Positions 59,466-64,000 of a stretch of DNA of 64,000 bases are shown one piece after another. The stretch's first letter is position 1, and every line of letters begins with the position of its first letter. The notes below the pieces were generated by a model, which was not told where the DNA came from, did not search any database, and saw nothing but the letters and a program-made list of their open reading frames with translations. The DNA lies in the NCBI GenBank assembly GCA_965223295.1, contig CBDCWC010000002.1:896001-960000 (forward strand), in the 5' to 3' direction. Made by a program: the position numbers and the translations under genes. The DNA is from Nitrospirales bacterium. GTDB taxonomy: Bacteria; Nitrospirota; Nitrospiria; Nitrospirales; UBA8639.

Positions 59466-60611
59466 ATGAAGCATGGAATGCTTATTCGACCCCCCAAAAT
59501 TTTCCTCCTCACGTTTTCAGTAGTCCTACTCATTCCCGCATTAAGTTCAGCCGTCGAATTCGTTATCGTTGGACCACGAGCAGTGGGAATGGGAGGAGCA
59601 GGCGTTGCAGTCACAACCAATTCCTTAGCAACCTATTGGAACCCCGCAGGTCTGGCGCTTACTGAAACCGTTGACATCCGCGTGCAACTTTCAGGGCAAG
59701 GTATCGATCGCTTAGGTATCCGGGATACTCTTGAAGATATCGATGATGTTGATGACGATGATACATCGGCAGGAAATCAAGCCCGCCTACAAGATCATTT
59801 AGATGATTTAAATGGAGCCTCATTGTCAGCCCTCATCGCGGCTGGATTATATGTCAAAGGCCATTGGGGAGAACATACCTTTGGCATGAATATTTCTGAT
59901 GTGGGAACAGGCGGTTCTTTTTCGTCGACTCCCTTAACAGCTGTGGTGGCAGGAAATGAATTGGATATTGTCGGAGATCTTCAGGTGAATTTTCTTGAAG
60001 CCCGGCAACTCGCCTTCTCTTACGCCTATGCCCTTTGGGAAAAGAAAATCGCGATAGGAGTGACCGGAAAAATTATCAAAGGCGTCGCCTATAGCCGAGA
60101 CATAGACGTCGATGACTCTGAAGATAGCTTTGACATTTCCGACGAACTCAAGGACGCCAAAAAATCTTATGAATTTGGAATAGATCTGGGAGCGATGATT
60201 CACCCCATCTCCTGGTTCAAAGCTGGCATTGTCGGTAAGGACTTAAACACACCCTCTTTTAAAACACCTGGAGGCGGAAAATTTAAACTACGCCCACAAG
60301 TTCGAGGCGGAGTCGCCTTTCTCCCTTTTTCCTCAACTACCATTACCTTTGATGCTGATTTGACAAAAAACAAAACACTGGTACCAGACATTAGAAGTCG
60401 GGTTCTCAGCCTTGGCGTTGAACATGGCCTGTTTGACATCATCTTTCTCAGACTGGGAGCTCTGAAGAATGTGGAAGATGCCAAAACCCGCGTCACTCCA
60501 ACCGCCGGATTAGGCCTTCACTTCGGCGCGTTCCAATTTGATATGGGCGGAGGCTATGACTTCGATTCTCGCGGAGCCTTAGGGTCCTTTTCTCTAGCCC
60601 TCACATTTTAG
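59466..60611 (+). CDS. TraF_2/FadL-like outer-membrane beta-barrel protein
   Basis: Signal peptide, G.RA.GMGGAGVA.......YWNPAGLA, amphipathic strands, terminal Phe. Confidence 0.75.
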   Translation: MKHGMLIRPPKIFLLTFSVVLLIPALSSAVEFVIVGPRAVGMGGAGVAVTTNSLATYWNPAGLALTETVDIRVQLSGQGIDRLGIRDTLEDIDDVDDDDTSAGNQARLQDHLDDLNGASLSALIAAGLYVKGHWGEHTFGMNISDVGTGGSFSSTPLTAVVAGNELDIVGDLQVNFLEARQLAFSYAYALWEKKIAIGVTGKIIKGVAYSRDIDVDDSEDSFDISDELKDAKKSYEFGIDLGAMIHPISWFKAGIVGKDLNTPSFKTPGGGKFKLRPQVRGGVAFLPFSSTTITFDADLTKNKTLVPDIRSRVLSLGVEHGLFDIIFLRLGALKNVEDAKTRVTPTAGLGLHFGAFQFDMGGGYDFDSRGALGSFSLALTF

Positions 60612-62125
60612 GGACTCTGCCGAGGTGAATATCCCAAGACAGACTCCAAGCAATAATCATGGCTTTCTTGGACATAGGTGCGGAAGGGGTCGGCCATGAC
60701 GAAGACCGGGCTGCCTTGCAGTTGCAAGACTGACCAATTGATGACATAGGGAGGACGCCGCGGGTCTTGGTGTTTGACCGTCTGTTCTAAAAAATCAACC
60801 CAACCCTCTTTGACAATATGCTTGATCACTTCTGAACGCCCAAAGGCTCGCGTGTTTCGTGGGGGAGAATGTTTCGAGAGATCGACTAAGTCATCCGTTG
60901 TATAACGTGGGGCATCCCCTTCGTCAGCCATCCCATGATATAGACCAGCTTGCAGATCCACATTGTGATATTCTAAATCCAAACTTTTCAGCCAAGGATC
61001 GTCCCACTCTAATTTTTCGGCTTCCCGAAAATTTTCCAATAACCAAAGCTTGGAAGCCCAATCCACTCGACCGACCACGGCCTCATAGCCTGTTCGCAAA
61101 TCCTTGAGCACAGATTCCCAATGAGTGAGTACCCAATCTGTTTCATCATCTTGTCCAGAATAATATTTCGATGCGGCGGCCCAAAACTCTTCCTGAATAT
61201 CCAATGCCGAGAGATGTTTGCCGGTTGAAAGGGTGATCATCCATTCGCGTGCTTGATCACGAGAAATGGCGCGTAACGTTTGAACAGGGTCGTCAAAATC
61301 TAACCCATGAGGAGCGTGGCCCTCTTCGATGAGTTGCAGAACTAATCCTGTCGTGCCCATTTTTAGTAAAGTGGTTTCCTCGGCCATATTCGAATCGCCC
61401 ATGAGCAAGTGTAAGCGCCGGAACCGTTCAGGGTCGGCTAAAGGTTCATCTCGGGTATTCACAATAGCCCGATTGTGCTGAACCCATTCAAAAAAATCAT
61501 TGACGATGTAATCTGGACGCTGGGAAATTTGATAGATCACAGACTCTTCATGAAATGTTCGTGTCTGCCCCCCTCCCCGTCCTTCGATGTCGTCTAAGCC
61601 AATCCATCCTTCCATGGAGCGCGCCATCCCAATACGGCCAGCTCCCGTAAAAACCTGCCGCGTGACGAGAAACGGCATGAGTAGCCCCAGCCCTTTATAG
61701 GTAAAAGGAAAATCTCGTGAGACGAGATAATTTTCGTGGCACCCAAATGTGGCATCCGTCTCGTGATCAATATTATTTTTGATAATTGACACTTGGTCGG
61801 ATAGGCCCAGCTCTTCTAGGCAGTCCTGCAATAGTAAATCTCCTGCCCGGTCCACGGACAAAAGGTCCCACAGTGAGTGACATTCCGGAGATGCATATTC
61901 GAGATGCCCCATATCCACATACATCCGTCCTGCATTGAGAAGAAAACCTCCATTACCTGGAGGTTCATCGTGTCCGCGATAATGCCAGTCGATCACGCCG
62001 TGTTTTTTTTGACCAAACAAATGTTGAATAATACGACGAGCCACCCAAGATGGCGACATCTCAGGGTTCTCGGCCTTGATGAGTAGGCCATATTCAGTTT
62101 CTATTCCGAAGATGCGGTTTTTCAT
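60608..62125 (-). CDS. pafA: PafA/Dop-family protein (probable Pup/UBact ligase)
   Basis: RIFGIETEYG, N.GR.YVD.GH.EYASPEC, KNN.D, GCHENY, R.I.NTRDEP, RRLH...GDSN, DL.YH, TRA..R. Located downstream of prcBA. Confidence 0.85.
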   Translation of the reverse strand: MKNRIFGIETEYGLLIKAENPEMSPSWVARRIIQHLFGQKKHGVIDWHYRGHDEPPGNGGFLLNAGRMYVDMGHLEYASPECHSLWDLLSVDRAGDLLLQDCLEELGLSDQVSIIKNNIDHETDATFGCHENYLVSRDFPFTYKGLGLLMPFLVTRQVFTGAGRIGMARSMEGWIGLDDIEGRGGGQTRTFHEESVIYQISQRPDYIVNDFFEWVQHNRAIVNTRDEPLADPERFRRLHLLMGDSNMAEETTLLKMGTTGLVLQLIEEGHAPHGLDFDDPVQTLRAISRDQAREWMITLSTGKHLSALDIQEEFWAAASKYYSGQDDETDWVLTHWESVLKDLRTGYEAVVGRVDWASKLWLLENFREAEKLEWDDPWLKSLDLEYHNVDLQAGLYHGMADEGDAPRYTTDDLVDLSKHSPPRNTRAFGRSEVIKHIVKEGWVDFLEQTVKHQDPRRPPYVINWSVLQLQGSPVFVMADPFRTYVQESHDYCLESVLGYSPRQSP

Positions 62126-62144
62126 GGAGATAAAAAGCTCTAGA

Positions 62145-62335
62145 AAGACTGTCGAACAATAATGATATCAACGGCCACATTTCGTGTCTGAGAGGTAACA
62201 TGTCAGAGACCTCGGGTCTGTTCAAAAAAGTCCGTCCAGCAAGGCCGCAGCCATGTTTGCGCGCGAAGCGTACTGGTCCTACGTAAGCACGGGAAAATGG
62301 CGAGAACGACGCTGGCGGATTTTTTCAACAGCCCC
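62145..62335 (+). mobile_element. MITE-like repeat, copy G, inside the proteasome operon
   Basis: 191-bp family match flanked by TAGA on both sides (62141-62144 and 62336-62339). Confidence 0.9.
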
Positions 62336-62369
62336 TAGATGAACTTTGCAATGATTCCGTGAGTCTTGA

Positions 62370-62400
62370 CCCTCACCCCAACGCTCTCCCTGACAGGGAG
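62370..62400 (+). repeat. Truncated CCCTCACCC-type REP-like palindrome
   Basis: CCCTCACCCCAACGCTCTCCC-TGACA-GGGAG. It lacks the final AGGG of the usual motif. Confidence 0.45.
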
Positions 62401-62424
62401 TTTAAGAAATATTTGAGCTAAAGC

Positions 62425-63249
62425 TCATGATTTTTTAGCAGATTCGAAATATTGTGGGACCAAATTTTGGAGCTCAGATTGAGGCAGCGTACGATACGTT
62501 TCCATTTTTCCGCTCTGCCGGTCTAAGAGAACGCATTCCAGAGTTTCTTTGGACAATGTTTCTCTAATTTTAGAGGTCATGGCTTCGCCTTCTGGAATCG
62601 GTAAGGTAGAAGAGGTTGATGAAGGGACAGAAGCCTCTTCGTCTGTCTCGGTAGGAGTTGCACGTTGGAGCAAACTAGCCATTCCCCAGAGACGAAGACT
62701 AACCTTCAATGCACTCTCTAAATCAGTGGGTGACTCCTGAGATTTCCATTCCCTTGCTAAACTCTCACGAATAGAAGAAGAGGCTGACAGCAACGCGAAC
62801 TCCTGTTGTTCTTCATACATACCATCATAGTTAATACTGAAGAGACGATCACGTTCCTTGATAGTCCCAACTTCGGCTAATAACACTTTGGTAATGTACG
62901 GAGCTTTAAAAATCTCCTCAAAGGCTTGTTTAATCACGGGCGCTAATCCATTTTTCATCAAGCGAGAAGCCGTCACGTCCGATGGTGACCGCTGAAAACC
63001 TTCAACATGGGCCATATCTAATAAGGTATACCGTAATTTTTCCAGATCGGCTGGATGACCCATTCCCCCCAACGCAATTCGATCATAGATCTCATAAATC
63101 TTTTCCGTTCCTCGGTTCACAGTTACCAGAAGAATGCCTTGCGAAAACGAGACCGCAACTAAGGGATTCCCTTGGCTAAATTGATCGTCTAAATACGTCC
63201 GCCGATTGGCGACCGCTTCTATCCAGCGATAGGGTTCTTCATACATCAC
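62425..63249 (-). CDS. prcA: 20S proteasome alpha subunit
   Basis: G.P.V......G.L.....EKIYEIYDRIA..G.G...D.E.LR. Located between prcB and the pafA-like gene. Confidence 0.85.
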   Translation of the reverse strand: MMYEEPYRWIEAVANRRTYLDDQFSQGNPLVAVSFSQGILLVTVNRGTEKIYEIYDRIALGGMGHPADLEKLRYTLLDMAHVEGFQRSPSDVTASRLMKNGLAPVIKQAFEEIFKAPYITKVLLAEVGTIKERDRLFSINYDGMYEEQQEFALLSASSSIRESLAREWKSQESPTDLESALKVSLRLWGMASLLQRATPTETDEEASVPSSTSSTLPIPEGEAMTSKIRETLSKETLECVLLDRQSGKMETYRTLPQSELQNLVPQYFESAKKS

Positions 63250-64000
63250 GCAATACTTTCTCTGAAAACAGCGTTTTTAGGCGTTCGGCGGGAATGGTTT
63301 TGACGCCTTCAGCGGAAATGCGTTTCACGATGGGATACAATTGGCCCTGGGCATCAACGCCACCGGTGGCAGAGTCAAACTCTGCCGCGCTAGTCATGAG
63401 ACGAAGCACGAAGGTTAACGCATTTTCTTCATTGAGACCGGCAATGGGTTCCGTTCCCCATCGATTCATATAATATAAAATACCTCGAATCGTGGACGAT
63501 CCCGATCCAGAAACCGCGTATTCTACCGCCTCGAATTCAGCACCTAAGATATCGTAGAAAAAGATCTTCCCGCATTCTTCAAGCTGGTCATATCCCGCAA
63601 ACACAGGGGCCACCGTTCCGGTTCCGGACAACGCAGCCGGTGCATTGTTCTTTAACAACGTCGATAACGCCCGTAGCTTGCCCTCAAAACTGAGGTCCTG
63701 CAATTGACTCCTGCGATAATATTTAAAAGAATGTTCTAGGACACGAGCCATTTCAAAGGCTGTCGCTGGAACTCCTGCAATGGCCATAATCGAGAACCGA
63801 TCAATTTCTAATACCTTATCGGTCCGATCATACATCACAACATTGCCAGCAGTGGCTCTCCGGTCACCTGCCACTAAGACTCCATCTGCATACTTCATCG
63901 CTAAAACGGTCGTCCCCGTTGTGACCTCAGCATGACACAACACTCCATTCCTATTCGAAGAAGGAAAAAGATTGTTCATCGCATAGCCGTACGCTTGAAG
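63239..64000 (-). CDS. prcB: 20S proteasome beta subunit (possibly 5'-partial)
   Basis: Propeptide junction TG/TTVLA, AGDRRAT.GN, K, GSGS, D..TGG. The frame stays open upstream of ATG 63979 to the window edge. Confidence 0.92.
   Translation of the reverse strand, partial: LQAYGYAMNNLFPSSNRNGVLCHAEVTTGTTVLAMKYADGVLVAGDRRATAGNVVMYDRTDKVLEIDRFSIMAIAGVPATAFEMARVLEHSFKYYRRSQLQDLSFEGKLRALSTLLKNNAPAALSGTGTVAPVFAGYDQLEECGKIFFYDILGAEFEAVEYAVSGSGSSTIRGILYYMNRWGTEPIAGLNEENALTFVLRLMTSAAEFDSATGGVDAQGQLYPIVKRISAEGVKTIPAERLKTLFSEKVLRDV

Noticed and set aside
59466-60611. Conjugative element suggested by the TraF-like barrel
   Set aside because: No relaxase, VirB4, coupling protein or integrase. This barrel family also occurs as stand-alone chromosomal genes.
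10420-62335. CRISPR interpretation of the repeats
   Set aside because: Copies are long, kilobases apart and in both orientations, with no regular spacers and no cas genes.

Overview
A 64 kb bacterial chromosomal window, mostly core genes. The gene set (prcB-prcA-pafA-like proteasome module, valS-nadC-birA-coaX-grpE-dnaK-dnaJ-rsmE, guaB-guaA-rluB-aspS, lptFG) and the type of intergenic repeat suggest a Nitrospirales (Nitrospirota) genome. That assignment is an inference. No rRNA, tRNA, CRISPR array, intact transposase or prophage was recognised. Four items stand out. (1) A dispersed family of about 170-225 bp structured MITE-like elements (7 copies) with three terminal-repeat motifs, short flanking duplications, and nested smaller hairpin inserts at one identical internal site. 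(2) An eight-gene sulfur-relay operon with two ubiquitin-like carriers, both blocked by a residue after Gly-Gly, plus two E1/MoeB enzymes, CysK, a ThrC-like enzyme, a NIL protein and a JAB protease. (3) A PhcB-like methyltransferase next to a hybrid kinase and a 7TM pseudokinase, a candidate signalling module. (4) A membrane-anchored beta-helix surface protein translationally coupled to a diguanylate cyclase. All calls were made by eye from motifs, with no database searches.
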